From positions 20,832,001-20,896,000 of the forward strand of contig OX597821.1 of NCBI GenBank assembly GCA_951406725.2: DNA of 64,000 bases, in the 5' to 3' direction. The stretch comes from Octopus vulgaris (lineage: Eukaryota). The notes beneath the pieces were generated by a model. That model did not search any database and had not been told where the DNA came from. It saw only the letters and a program-made list of their open reading frames with translations. Shown piece after piece: positions 12,340 through 23,672 of the stretch. The position numbers and the translations under genes were made by a program. How positions within the stretch are numbered: position 1 is the stretch's first letter; the number at the start of each line of letters is the position of its first letter.

Positions 12340-12604
12340 ATGTTACATTACTCGGTAGTCAAGATAAAACTCTGAGTTTCAGATGCCGAAGTGGAAATCC
12401 ACAACACCATCTCTTCGGTTATCTGGCTATTTCCAGATAACCAGATAACCGAAGAGATGGTGTTGTGGATTTCCACTTCGGCATCTGAAACTCAGAGTTT
12501 TATCTTGACTACCGAGTAATGTAACATATTGTATAGATAAATTTCCTCTATTTACATAATATTGAGGTCTCTTTCTTTCTTTTGTTATCTTACCGTTTTA
12601 TCAA
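12332..12604 (+). mobile_element. fold-back non-autonomous element in (TA)n
   Basis: Perfect ~95-bp inverted arms 12332-12426 and 12441-12535; the right arm continues to (TA)n at 12605. Confidence 0.8.
12443..12505 (+). ncRNA. hammerhead-like motif with atypical core CCGAAGA / UGAAA
   Basis: AGAUAA CCGAAGA GAUG..GUGGA-UU-UCCAC..CAUC U GAAA CUC A GAG UU UUAUCU; stems I (6 bp), II and III all pair; mirror copy at 12362-12424 (-). Confidence 0.65.
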
Positions 12605-13385
12605 TATATATATATATATATATATACATATATACAAATACATACTCTAGATAATATCAATAAATTGTGAGCCATACGTAAATATACGAAGTGCAATCAG
12701 TAGCCATTAGGATATATTGTAAATCAATAGTACTTTAAATAATGTTACTTAGCAACTGATCTCTATTCAAGTCATTGCTGTTGCTGTAAGCTCGGAAATA
12801 TAAATACTATACATTAATCCAAGCGGGGTTTATGTACTTCGATATTATTTTATGATCTGCTGAGGTACACCTTCAACGTATGAATCACAGAATTATATTG
12901 GGCATATGTATGTATATATGTATGTATGTATATCCGTACGTATATTTACACTTGTGTGCGTGTGCATATCCGAGTGTGTGGTGTGCGCGTGTGTATTTAT
13001 ATACGTATGTCTATATAAAAGGCTCTACATGTGCTTCAATTGACGAGTACGTACGTGTGCGGTTTGTAAAAATATTTTGGAGGAATATATATATATATAC
13101 TGTCAGCCTGTCTTACGTATAGGGAATTAAAAGTACAAACATATTTGAGACTTTCTCTGGACAATATTCATTCATTCGTCGATTGTCATATCTTTTTCCA
13201 ACGAAGAACTAGTAATTTGAATGGTTGTCCCCAAGGCAAATCTCACAAATATTATTTAGCATACTCACGTATACTTACGAATATATACGGATATATGTAT
13301 ATATATATATGTATATATTTATATATATATGTATGTATGTATACGTATAATATGTATGTATGTATAAATGTATGTATGTGTGTAT

Positions 13386-13418
<33 letters not shown>

Positions 13419-13818
13419 ACCTGCTGCAGAAATTCTTTAGAAAGTACACTATTTGCTTTTTCGTACGTTGGTATTTCGCATTACTTTTACTGAAACCTCT
13501 GAAGGGCTGAGAGTATCTTGCATGTTTTCTAAAACCTTTTGCTCAGCCTTTATATACTGAGAGAGATAAAGTCAGAACGAGTGGCATTTATTGAATTCTG
13601 TCCTTTAGCTTGTCCTACAGACACATGCACACATACACAAACAGTTACACTCATACCTACACATGCAAAGAGTAATAGACATATAAGAGTAATACACATG
13701 TAACATATAAAAGCTCTAGAATATTTGGTGGGGGCGGAATATAACAACGTCGTGTACCATAAAGAAGTTAATTTCGGTGTTTTATATAAATACTTTCCTC
13801 CGTCGTACTTCCATTACG

Positions 13819-14685
13819 CAGAGTGTGATGGGTAAATTGTCGCCATTATATATTTTCAATTTTGCGCAAGCGCATTGTTTGTTTTGATTTCGTCGTCTAC
13901 ACAGTATAGTATATTACGTTGGGCACCGTCTGTGATAAAAACAACACAATGACGCAATTCATTCTGCCAGAAATTTGGAAACAACATGCTGTACTGCTAG
14001 GCATTCGCGCCGGAAGCTCCAATATGAACATTTCAGAATGTTTGGGTGTCAATCTGAGAGTTACCGAGAGTTATAAAAATCAATCGTACCGAGTGTTATA
14101 AAAATCAAACATCCAGTCAACATCATGTTTTGATTGATCACTATTTATGGCGACGCTACGCTTCCATTCATCTTTCCACACGGCCTCACACTTAACACGG
14201 AGCCTTACATCAAGTGCCTGGAGGAGGTAGTGATACCCTGAGTCATGAGGGTGGCTGCAGGAAACCCTTTGTCTCGCAACAGGACTCACAATGCCACACA
14301 AGCAGGAAAAGCCAGGCGTGGCCATCAGACAATTTCTGCGACTACATCACCCATAAGAGTTGGGCACCTAACTCCTTAGACTTCATCCCCCTTGATTATT
14401 ATGTAAGGGAAGCAGTTGAGCGAGAGACCAACAAAACTTGTAACACCAAAAATGAAATGAAGGTAGGGATTATGGCGACATTCACCAACTTAAACAAGGA
14501 AACCGTCCAGAAGAGTTGCAGGATATTCCGAAATCGTCTCGAGGACGTGTTTGAAGCCAAAGGCAATTTTATTGAATAAATTTACTTATTAGTATTTTAA
14601 GATAATTTTATGTAATTTTGGTAAACATATCTATTAAACTGAGATATCAATGTTATTTTCATTCTTGCGTAATTTAGACGACAGT
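13819..14685 (+). mobile_element. Tc1/mariner superfamily transposon, DD37D (maT)-like, internally deleted
   Basis: QQDSQCHTSRKSQAW..WAPNSLDFIPLDYYV (D-36-D in this copy, consistent with D37D minus one codon); N-terminal piece MTQFILPEIWKQHAVLLGIRAG. Confidence 0.8.
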
Positions 14686-15241
14686 GGCCAAGGTTATTTT
14701 GATTAAATGAAAGCTTACATTGTCGCAAAGAGTTACATCTTAACACAAGGAAGATTCGATCGGAATGTGTAGAGAGCACAGTATGACTGGAGAATATAGA
14801 TGTGGAGAGAAATTAAGAATATAAGAGAGAAAACAGAAAAGAATATAAAGAATAAAAACATAAGGGGATCGGAGGTTTAAGGAGTTTAATGTCATTTGAC
14901 TAGTAGTTTTCAATAGGATTACTTTGGCCGAGTTATAGAGATTTGCAAGGGGAGTGGTATATGAAAAAGTGGATAATGTCGAGAGAAGAGTGTGGGGAAA
15001 CATTTATGGTTAAGAGACATAGAGAAGTACTAGGTAATTATATGAACATATATTTTAGATTTTACTTCTGTTCTTCGCTGTATTGCGCCCCTGTAGGAGC
15101 AATGGCTTTTGTGTTTAGTCGACATACAATACTATATATTTATATCTGGTTTTTGAGAACCTCGGAATGTTTTGGTGAAAACAGATTTTCAAATGGTGGT
15201 TGGACAAACACAAACAGAAAGGCACAAACACATATATACAC

Positions 15242-15286
<45 letters not shown>

Positions 15287-15508
15287 CACAAAAATTCACA
15301 CATGAATACATATTCACATATACAAATACTGTTGACTTCTACCAAATTCGCTGACACGGTATTGGTTGGCTCGAGACTATATTATAAGGCACTTGCTTAA
15401 AATACTGTGTAGTGGAATTGAAGAAGAACCATGTGGTCACAAAGTGAGTGTGTAAAAACCTTTTAGCCACAGATGAATGTATATATGAATGTGTACGTGT
15501 GGATATAT

Positions 15509-15574
<66 letters not shown>

Positions 15575-15575
15575 C

Positions 15576-15642
<67 letters not shown>

Positions 15643-16084
15643 GGTAGGACGCTATCACCCATTGTTCTATAAGTATTAACAATTTAGATACATATATGCA
15701 TAATACAATTGTGTATAAATTATTTGTAAAGGAAAATCTCTGTTAAAAGTAGAGGTATTTACTGTATTTTAAAATATTTCTTCATGTTATGATTTGAAAT
15801 TTCTGAAAATAATCTAGTTTCTCTGCCGGATAAGCGAAAATATTTCTATAATTTAGTGATCGAAGATGATTTCACTGTAGATCAAAAGGAATAGTTTTCG
15901 CTTAAAGAAAGCAAGAAACTAATCTCTTTGTCTTTGGACGTCGCTCACTCACGAAGATTCATTTTCAAAGTAAAATATAAATCTGTTGGTTTTATTACAA
16001 AATATATTTAGGCAAGATCTTGTTTCACTTCCTGGCTGGAATTCTAATGGCTGTTTCATAAATATATTTATATATATATATATT

Positions 16085-16118
<34 letters not shown>

Positions 16119-16699
16119 TGTGTGTGTGTGTGCGTGTGAAGATGTTCTATAACCTATATAATTTTTGCCATCGAAAGTTTGTGTGATATATCATGGTGCT
16201 TCAACAGCCAGTACTATTTATATTTTCCATTGTATTACGAACGGTTAATAACTATGTAATTTTTTTTATTTTACTACAGTACATAAAAATATTGCCAAAT
16301 TCTGGATAGTGGAATAGCTGTTTGCACTACAATTCCATTCGAAACTTTTCCTGCATGTATGTGGTTTGGGAAAATATAGATCTAGTAACTATCAAATTAC
16401 ATCCGGCTATACCTTTGCTTACATTTATATTAAACTGGAACTTTTACATTATCTACTTGCGCTTTGTAATTTTGTCTTTTTGAGTTGCAATGCTTCTTCA
16501 TTATAAATCTTCTTTCGAAAACCATTACTTCTAAAGATATTCTGATAACGATTTCTAATATTACTGACTGGAGTGGCTTGATATATGGTATGTAACATAA
16601 GTGAATACATTTATCCTTCACAGTATCGGGAATCTGACCAGCCAAGGGTTTAAATATATGTTAATATATAAGAATATTGCCATCCCTTTAGAATGGAAT

Positions 16700-17235
16700 G
16701 TTAGTTAGTTAGTTAGTTAATTTTTTTGACTCAAAAAGCAAAAAGCAAGGCCATGTAGGAGTACATGGAGTACATGTACAGGGTGGTGTTAATGTAAAGA
16801 GTTCAGGCCACTTGAGGTCAAGGGAGACTTTGAACAAAGCGGTCGTCGGCATCTTCACCATCTCGTCTGGCAGCTTGTTCCACGGATCCGCAACCCGGAC
16901 GGAGAAAGCCCCTCTCCTTCGATTGAGATGAAATCGTCGCAGATAGAGCTTTTCGGAATGACCCCGTAGCCGACGCTCTGGAGCAAGAGTGAAGAACAGC
17001 TCTTTCGAGAGGTTACACTTTCCACTTATGATGTTGTGAGCGAGAATGAGATCACCACGGCGGCGGCGTTTTTCTAGAGAATAAAGGTCGAGCGTCTTCA
17101 GCCTTTCTTCATAAGACAAATTCATGAGACCATGAACCATGCGGGTAGCCAGCTTCTGGACTGTTTCGAGATGCTGTATGTCTTTGAGGAGATAAGGAGA
17201 AGAGGCTTGAATCCCGTACTCCAATATGGGTCTAG
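16700..17235 (-). mobile_element. 5'-truncated CR1/L2-group LINE (RT C-terminus) with (TAAC)n tail
   Basis: EYGIQASSPYLLKDIQHLETVQKLATRMV..LSYEERLKTLDLYSLEKRRRRGDLI..RGHSEKL..FSVRVADPWNKLP; tandem GTTA tail at 16700-16720. Confidence 0.9.
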
Positions 17236-17519
17236 TATGTACTAGTATCTAAAGCAGGGGTGATATCAGAAAAATACTTGTTTGGTTTAAAACTTAAGTT
17301 CATAAAATATTTGAATTATTCAATAATCTGGATTTTCTTTTCTGCATCAGTCAGTTCTTTCATTATTCATAGTTCTAAGTATAAACAGATTAATATCTCG
17401 AATATTCCGATCTTTATGTCCTTTAATTTCATGTGGCTTAACTGTAAAATATATAATCCAAATTATCTAGGGTACGTCCAGCAAATATTTTCAAATTCAC
17501 GAATACTAAAAGAATACTA

Positions 17520-18812
17520 CGTGGGGCGTTCAATAAGTAATGCCCCTGACCCACTTCCCATAGCAGTAGAGCAACGAAACTTGGCACAGTTATTAGTCTT
17601 TTTCTACATAGGAACCACCCAGAGTTACGCATTTCTCCCATCGTATCCTGCAGCTCTGAAGACCATTTTTGTAGAAGACCCCAGCTTGGTCCTCCAACCA
17701 CGACGTGACTTCAGAAATCAAGGCTGCATCATCTGGGAAACGCTTTCCTTTCAAAAACAACTTCATGGCTGGGAAGAGGTGAAAATCAGAGGATGCAAGG
17801 TCAGGAGAGTAGGGGGGATGGGGGATGAGTTCATAGCCGCACGCCTGTGCTTCTGATCTGGCGACACGCGAGTTGTGGACCGGAGCGTTGTCCTGCAGGA
17901 GGCGGATGCCTTTGCTGATCTTGTTCCGCCTCTTGATTTTGATAGCTTCTCTTAATTTCCTCAAAAGTGAAGCATAATAGACTCCTGTAATTGTGGCACC
18001 CTTTGCCAAGAAATCTGTCGTCACTACTCCGTCCTGGTCCCAGAAGACTGTGAGCATGACCTTGCCAGCGGAGGGCTGCACCCTTGCCTTCTTTGGAGGA
18101 GGTGAGTCACGGTGCTTCCACTGCATTGACTGGGCTTTGGTCTCTGGATCATAGTGATGGACCCAGGTTTCATCCTGTGTAATCAGTCTTTTGAAAAATT
18201 TTGACTCATCTTCTTGGCACATCTTCAAATTCATCCTCGCGCTATCGACGCATTCTTGCTTCTGGAAAGGTGTGAGCAGCCTGGGAATCCATCTGGCAGA
18301 CACCTTTTGCATATGCAAATGGTCATGAATGATAGTTTCCACAGACCCGGTACTAATATTGACCTCATGGGCTATTTGGCGAATAGTTATGCGTCGATCT
18401 TCCAAAATGGCAGCCTCAACTTGACGGGACAGATGCCTCGTCAATGGCAGAAGGGGGCGACCAGATCTGGGAGCTGTTTCCACAAAGTTCCGACCATGTT
18501 TGAATTCACGATGCCAGCGTCTTAGAAGGTCATATGATGGGGCATCATCACCATAAGTTACTTTTATTTCATCAAAATTCTCCCGTGGTGTGCGTCCTTT
18601 CAAATACAAAAACCGGATCACTGCTCGACACTCAACAGGCTCCGTTTCACACTTGACTCAGTTCAAACACCTGTAAATCAGAAACCACAATTAGTTCAGA
18701 GCTGTAATTTGCCACTTAATCTATAAAGATATAGGTAATTGCACATGCAATATTTCAGCTAGATCAAACAACAGCAAGTGGGTCAGAAGCATTACTTATT
18801 GAACGCCCGTCG
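17520..18812 (-). mobile_element. full-length mariner transposon (1293 bp) with TIRs and TA target duplication
   Basis: TA|CGTGGGGCGTTCAATAAGTAATGCCCCTGACCCACTT ... AAGTGGGTCAGAAGCATTACTTATTGAACGCCCGTCG|TA. Confidence 0.97.
17593..18645 (-). CDS. mariner DD34D transposase (irritans-like); frame open, expected ATG reads ACG
   Basis: WIPRLL, QDETWVHHYD, LQDNAPVH-(34)-YSPDLASSDFHLF; in-frame upstream ACG GAG CCT GTT GAG TGT CGA GCA GTG. Confidence 0.85.
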   Translation of the reverse strand, partial: TEPVECRAVIRFLYLKGRTPRENFDEIKVTYGDDAPSYDLLRRWHREFKHGRNFVETAPRSGRPLLPLTRHLSRQVEAAILEDRRITIRQIAHEVNISTGSVETIIHDHLHMQKVSARWIPRLLTPFQKQECVDSARMNLKMCQEDESKFFKRLITQDETWVHHYDPETKAQSMQWKHRDSPPPKKARVQPSAGKVMLTVFWDQDGVVTTDFLAKGATITGVYYASLLRKLREAIKIKRRNKISKGIRLLQDNAPVHNSRVARSEAQACGYELIPHPPYSPDLASSDFHLFPAMKLFLKGKRFPDDAALISEVTSWLEDQAGVFYKNGLQSCRIRWEKCVTLGGSYVEKD

Positions 18813-20569
18813 TAAAACGTCTGTCTTTAAGTGTAAATTACCATCAGATATCAGTATCATATTTCTTGTATGCAATATGGTATTAATCTGAGCGTCAGTG
18901 ATCTGTAAACCACTCGTGGCGAAATAATTTTTTTCTGGATTGACTCTTTAGCACTATCGTGTTTATAATGTACAATATCAGTTTGTGTTAATTTGCACTC
19001 TCATTTATATACGTTATTAATACAGAATATAACTCATTCGATGTTATTTCATAAAAGCAGAACTAAAAATGTTATGAAGTTCAATGTCATATACTCTAGA
19101 ATATACTTAATATTCAAGTCGGTCCATGTTATTTCAGGTTGGATATTAGAAGTGAAATGTAATTTACGTAATATTACAGATTTGAATCTGTAAATCACAA
19201 TATAATTTATGAAGATTTCGTTTGTGCCTGAATTCATAGAGATCAATATAAGCTTATTTTGTGTGTTATCTCTGCCATTTGATAATGTGTATTGTTTAAC
19301 TTTTGGTGTGGGATTTAATCTGATTAAAAAAATATATTTATGAACCGATGAAAATAACCAAATGTCTTAAAGCATTCATTTGTAATAGATACATGTTGCT
19401 AGAGAGAAGATTGTTCGTGAAATCATAGATACACCATTAATAAATAAGATGAATGATTTAGAAAAGAGAGGTAGGGAATTATTATAAGAATTAGTTATTA
19501 TGATAACGGTAGCTACCAACCTAAATACAGAGAGATATTAGATGTCAGCTTAAAATTAGACATTGGTAAATAACAGCCATCTTGAAACCAGTAAAAGTAT
19601 ACGGCAACACATGAATATAAATTTGAAATACACACTAGTCTAATACTATACGTTTGTTCCCTCTGATGAGCATTCCTTCTGAACAATTGCAAATTAATAC
19701 AAGCATGCCATAACAGATAATGGCTTCAGAGTGTAGGTATTTATTTACGGAAGAAATGAACACATACATATACATACGCATATATATCTGTATGTGTAGG
19801 TGTATATGTATGTTATTTATGTGTATATATATATATATATGGTGGGGTATGTATATCTATATGTATATATACATGTATGTGTGTGAGTCTTAGGCTGCAT
19901 AACTCTACGTCTCAAAAAATATCTCAATTTTCTTGAATATGTGCATTTTGTGACAGTTTGTCAGAATAAGTAATTTCTGCTGGTAAGTCTTGAATGTTCC
20001 GTCCTTTCTTCATCGCCAGTTTTGGTGGCAAAAACTCCGAGCAATTTCCGCATACAGAAATTCCTAGAAATTCTCCGATACTGGAATTTCATAAAAAAAA
20101 AAAAATGGATAGCAAACGTTATATATTTTACTCAGTCCTGATATCATCCTTTAAGGCGCATTAATAGGTAGTTGGCTGATAGAATATATGTTGCTCTTGT
20201 ACTTGTTGCTCTTTACATCACTGGGGGAGCATCCTTTGTGCTTACGTATTAGTATTTACAGTTTGTTCGTATACAACGAAAGAGGTGATTAAGTAAAAAT
20301 TTCCATACGAAGAAAGCAAAACGTTTAAAATTTCACTTCAATTTCTAATCGACAGAAAGAAACTACTACGATTGTGTTTACTCCTTATAGGTTTAACCAC
20401 TATATATAGTTTCTGATTTTCATCATGATTGTAATGCTGTGTTAAGAATGTAATTGGATTGATGCAGGGAATGGATTGATGCAGTGATTGAATAAAGATC
20501 AGAAAAATATATAATTTCACTATTTAAGAGATATTTTTGTATAGGAGCCGTCTCTGTTAAATTATTTTT

Positions 20570-22295
20570 CCATTGTCTTGTTTGCCCCTCTTAAAGGTTA
20601 CTATATCCAGCCTTCGGTGATCTAACACTTTGTCTGTCTGGAAATGAAAGTCCCAGAGGATTTTTGCCTTGCCTTTTTTGTCCATTACATTTTCCGGTGT
20701 ATGTTGGTACCAAGCACTCGTAACCTCATATCTATATTTACGGCATAGTAGCCAGTGGAGGTTTTGGGCTACTTTGTCGTGTCTACATTTGTACTCTTTC
20801 TGTGCAAGACTTCAAAAGGACTAACAATGTGAGTCACACTTTCGACCCTCTACCCACACATTCTGCAGAGGTTCGATGCAATTGTGTGGTATATATATAT
20901 ATATTTTCACTGAGTTGGTATTCAATGCCTGCTCCTGTGACGCGATGATTAGGCTTTCGGTATTCTTTTTTAGGGCACCCTTGTTGAGCCACCTCCATGA
21001 TGCTTCATGGTCTTTTGATTTGTTGATTTCTCGGTGGAACTAACCCTGTAATTCCATACGGAGTAAGGTTTCTTGTCTCTCGTTGACCGTTCATGTACGG
21101 AATTCATGAGCACACTCAAGTCCATTTTTGTTAACTCCTTCTGCCATGTTTCTTCTTTCAATGATGATGCAATCCCGTACGCTGACCCGTTCACGTCCAC
21201 CCATAACTCCCTTCATGGCGAGCCTGTGTACATTTGCCTTAGCGTGGAGGGCAACTACATTATCATTGACTTTCGAGTAGTGCTATTGAGTTGGTCAATT
21301 TCCACTTGTGTCTATCTAAGGATGGGTGCACTGTAGAGGACTACAGCAACAGCCCATATGTTGATAGTAGTCACAAGGTTCCTTGAGTTGAGCTCCGATT
21401 TCAAGAGAGGTTTGAGGCTCTTGAAATATGCAGAGGTGACCTTGTCTTTCATTACTCTGTGCAAGATATTGTCCAACTCCTGGATCCGAAGGGACTTGTA
21501 CCCAGCATCATCATTCGAGTCTACCATTCTCTCTCTGTTTGGCAATTCTATGCCCCTGCAATATACTGTTTTCCCTCGCTTCAAAGTAAGCACCGCACAT
21601 TTCGAGATACTGAATTCCATCCCTGTATCCTTGCTGCACATTTGCACAGTCTCAACCAGCCTCTTCATTTCAGGCTCTGATTTTGCAATCAGTTTTAAAT
21701 TATCCATGAAGAGAAGGTGGTTGAGGCGAGGTCCGTTCTTTCTCATCTCATAGTGCACGTTGATTTTACGTAGGACTACTGATTTGTTACCTCGACTAAG
21801 TGTTAGTTGTTACAGGAAAGATGCGTTTTCCAACTAGGTATGCTGTTCTTAATCAGTGCACACACGTTCTCAGCTATTCCACACCTGTCGGGTTTTTCCG
21901 AAATCCACGAATACAGTAACATGTCGTAAGTCATTTTGAAGTCTATCCTGGCCATGCAGGAAGTTTTTGGTACCGTTTACAGTTCTTCATTATAACCTTG
22001 TCTATCACAAAGTGGTCCGTGGTGCCCTTGGATCCTTTTTGGTAACCCTTTTGTTCTACTGACAGAAGATTGTTTTCCGCAAAGAACGTATATATTTTCC
22101 CTGTGAGAGTACCTGTCAATACTTTCCAGAGGAGGTTAAGACAAGCAATGGGTCGGTAATTGCCAGCTTCATTGCCCTTTGACCGATCTTTCATTAACAA
22201 TGTTGTTTTTCCCTCTACCATCCACTACCATCCATACTATACCGCTCTATAGGCAATTGTCTAATTGCAACGCAATATCTTGGCGCAATATCTTG
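20570..22295 (-). pseudogene. R4/Dong-type non-LTR retrotransposon remnant (RT, zinc knuckle, RLE)
   Basis: NYRPIACLNLLWK, EQKGYQKGSKGTTDHFVIDK, LNHLLFMDNLKL, LAQKEYKCRHDKVAQNLHW, ILWDFHFQTDKVLDHRRLDIV. Confidence 0.9.
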
Positions 22296-22309
22296 GGCAT
22301 ATCTTGGCG

Positions 22310-22755
22310 CGAGGTACCAAGTAGAAAAGAAAGGTTTCAAAACTATCATCAAAACTCTAAAACAACGTGTGCGGGTTAAAATATTAAAGGTGCAGCGCTA
22401 CACTAGCCGTATATCGCAGTTCCAGCAAAACCGGTTATTCTGAAACAGACAGATGCAGATGTTTGAAGGGCTTAGGAGGAAACAGAAGTTGATACATTCC
22501 TGAAGTAGAAGAAACCAGCCAATTTTGGAAGAACATCTAGGGGAAAGATGTTTTGCACAACCACAGAGCTGAGTGGATTCATTCCGTGAGATTCGAACTC
22601 CATCACCCGGAGGCAGCATGACACGCCCATGTGCGCATAACAACGAAAGATGTCATTGCACAGATATCGAAACTGCCAAACTGGAAAGCGACAGGACCAG
22701 ACGGAATTCAAAGCTGCTGGCTCAAGTGGTTTAGATACGCACGCAGTCCTCCACA
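22310..22755 (+). pseudogene. R4/Dong-type fragment (pre-RT region), inverted relative to its neighbour
   Basis: LKQRVRVKILKVQRYTSRISQFQQNRLF ... NWKATGPDGIQSCWLKWF. Confidence 0.8.
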
Positions 22756-22759
22756 CTTA

Positions 22760-23575
22760 AACGTACCCTTCCTCTATTTGCTGTCTTCATGTGTAGGAAT
22801 TTAATGTCTGCATGTGTATGATGAGCACCATGCATCGTTAGGAGCTTTCTTGACTTCATGTCTATCTCCTTTAGCTCCTCTTCTATCCATTTAGGATTCC
22901 AGCGCCATAACCAAGTACTGCGGTTGCGCGCGAGTTTATTACTGAAATTATTTTTCTGGCGTTCATGTCTTGGTATTTGATTCTATCTGCCTCAAGTATT
23001 CCCAGGTATATATAGCTGAATTGGGGTTTGAATGACCTTCATCATTTCAACACTTGGTAGCGATATGCCCTCTCTCCTGACAAGCCTTCCTCTTTTCATC
23101 CCCATAGTAGCACATTTTGTAAGTCCAAAATACATCTTAAAATCATTGGGGAAAATCCGCAGAGACTAGATTAGGGTGTCCAGTTCTGCCTCACTTTCTG
23201 CGAATATCTTCAGGTCGTCTATGAATAGCAAGTGGTTTAGTTTTCCCTTAACTCTTCCAATATCATACCACAACTTTGTTCTCTGTAGTGTTTCACTGAA
23301 GGGGATCGTTCCAAGCACGAATATCAGTGGGGACACACCGTTTCCCTGGAATATTCCTCTCTTGATTTTCACCTCTCCTAGTAATTACTCTCCTGCTGTC
23401 AATTCCGTTCTCCAACATTTCATGCTGTTTCGTATAGGGCTTCTCATATTCTCAGCTACTCCATAAATTTTCATTCTTCTTATAATCCAGGATTACTGTA
23501 TCATATCGTATGCTTTGCGATAATCATCCTAGCCCATGCTCAGGTTTTTATGTCTTCTCTTGTACTTCTTGATAA
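22760..23575 (-). pseudogene. second R4/Dong-type RT remnant
   Basis: DYRKAYDMI, IKRGIFQGNGVSPLIF, LNHLLFIDDLKIFAESE, TMHGAHH. Confidence 0.88.
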
Positions 23576-23672
23576 TTATTATTATTTCTGTTGTTGTGGT
23601 AGCTGTTGTTGTTGCTGTTGTTGTTGCTTGTTGTTATTGCAGCTGCTACTGTCTATCGTTTTCACTAGTTTT

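Noticed and set aside
17260-17856. 198-aa + strand ORF (also 18214-18525, 27558-27899, 21358-21753)
   Set aside because: Antisense shadows of transposase or RT sequences
19655-19710. CTGATGA GCA..TGC hammerhead (similar traces at 33905-33955 and 43755-43805)
   Set aside because: GAAA box, stem III or stem I is missing; cannot be distinguished from chance or advanced decay
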